Notes under the pieces: generated by a model
Seen by the model: only the letters and a program-made list of their open reading frames with translations
Database searches by the model: none
What the model was told of the DNA's origin: nothing
Made by a program: the position numbers and the translations under genes
In this document: piece by piece, positions 63,167-64,000 of the stretch
Layout of the letters: each line of letters starts with the position of its first letter
How positions within the stretch are numbered: the first letter of the stretch is position 1
From: Nitrospirales bacterium
GTDB taxonomy: Bacteria; Nitrospirota; Nitrospiria; Nitrospirales; UBA8639
Assembly (NCBI GenBank): GCA_965203295.1
Contig: CBDBCZ010000017.1
Span: forward strand, 2,112,001 to 2,176,000
DNA: 64,000 nt
Direction of reading: 5' to 3'

Positions 63167-64000
63167 TGTTACATGCAACTCCCATCTTATACAGGCAGCA
63201 TTGCTCAAAACACTTGTGGGGTTGTCAATAGCTAGCAATTAAGTTGCATGAATACAGTTATATCTGCCAATAAGCCTGGAGTGCATCATTGTTCAGTCAA
63301 GTGTACTAGTCAACCCTCGGCGCGTGAGCGCGTGCGAGGGGTAATTACGGTAGTCGTTTTGCATGTATGTTTCAACTGGCTTTGTCCCACCGAAATGTGA
63401 AGAACACGTTGTCCAGTTGTCCAGCTGAAGGTGCTGAATTTAGGCAATCGATACTGTCTCGAGGATAGATGTGCGATTTTGTACAAGCTGTAGTTGCTGA
63501 GATACACCAACACTTGCGTTCTTGCTGCTACGAGCGGCCGGCCATTTAATAACGCGTTACTGCAAGTAATTAAGGCCACGCCATATTGTGCGTTATTTAG
63601 ATATCTACACATTCCCCACGCGGTGGATTTCGGTTTGAATCTCTTTGAATCGTGTTCTGTGATTGTCTTGCACTTGAAGTGCCGTGAGCTATTGATACTT
63701 TGGTCCTTGTATTTACATGGTATAATGCTGCAAAAGTTTGCCCAAAGTGTCTTGCTCCCTGACTCCTGGGCTGCAGCTCTGTACGTGTCTCATGTTACTG
63801 CCAGCCTAGGTCTCGCTCAATGCTTGCGCCAGTTGCCACAGGGTTCGGCCAAAACATTTAGCTTAATAGGTTATTAGAGGGAGACCTCTAACACTCTATG
63901 TTAGAGCGAGACATTAATCAAGATTTCATTGTCGACCACTTCTTAGGACGAGGTAAGTAATGTTGTGGCGTGGTAGTTGAATCTGAGCTAGTGTATGTAC

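Larger units (their letters stand above)
26720..64000 (+). repeat. About 19.4 kb tandem segmental duplication
   Basis: 26720-44800 is colinear with 46090-64000 at high identity (for example 34128 vs 52768 and 37645 vs 56720 give identical ORF translations). The copies differ by indels and element insertions. Confidence 0.9.

Noticed and set aside
126..63877. Remaining short ORFs of the six-frame track
   Set aside because: All are 143 aa or shorter, mostly within repeats, and lack recognisable homology.

Overview
Eukaryotic, repeat-rich, non-coding DNA. No intact protein-coding gene is supportable. The MITE and other repeat families resemble those I associate with marine invertebrate, probably demosponge, genomes (inference). 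Main signal: a dispersed, co-oriented (minus-strand) array of about 20 small snRNA-like genes, 16 with an intact Sm site, plus about 10 orphan promoters. Each unit reads 5'->3': upstream element, PSE/USE-like AAACCCACAAGTG, TATA box starting 28-30 nt after the CCCAC, about 30 nt to the predicted start, a hypervariable 25-55 nt 5' segment, a canonical Sm site AAUUUUUGG, and a 3' stem-loop whose sequence varies while pairing is kept. The architecture is U7/SmY-like, with about 13 different 5' segments. These genes are interleaved with ten decayed copies of the activation-loop exon of a p38 MAPK (DLKP...[19 protein letters not shown]) and remnants of the preceding exon. The window also holds many MITEs, a tRNA-Thr-derived element, minisatellites, fold-back palindromes and an approximately 19.4 kb tandem segmental duplication (about 26720-46090 vs 46090-64000). 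RNA 5' ends are predictions from TATA spacing, not observations.
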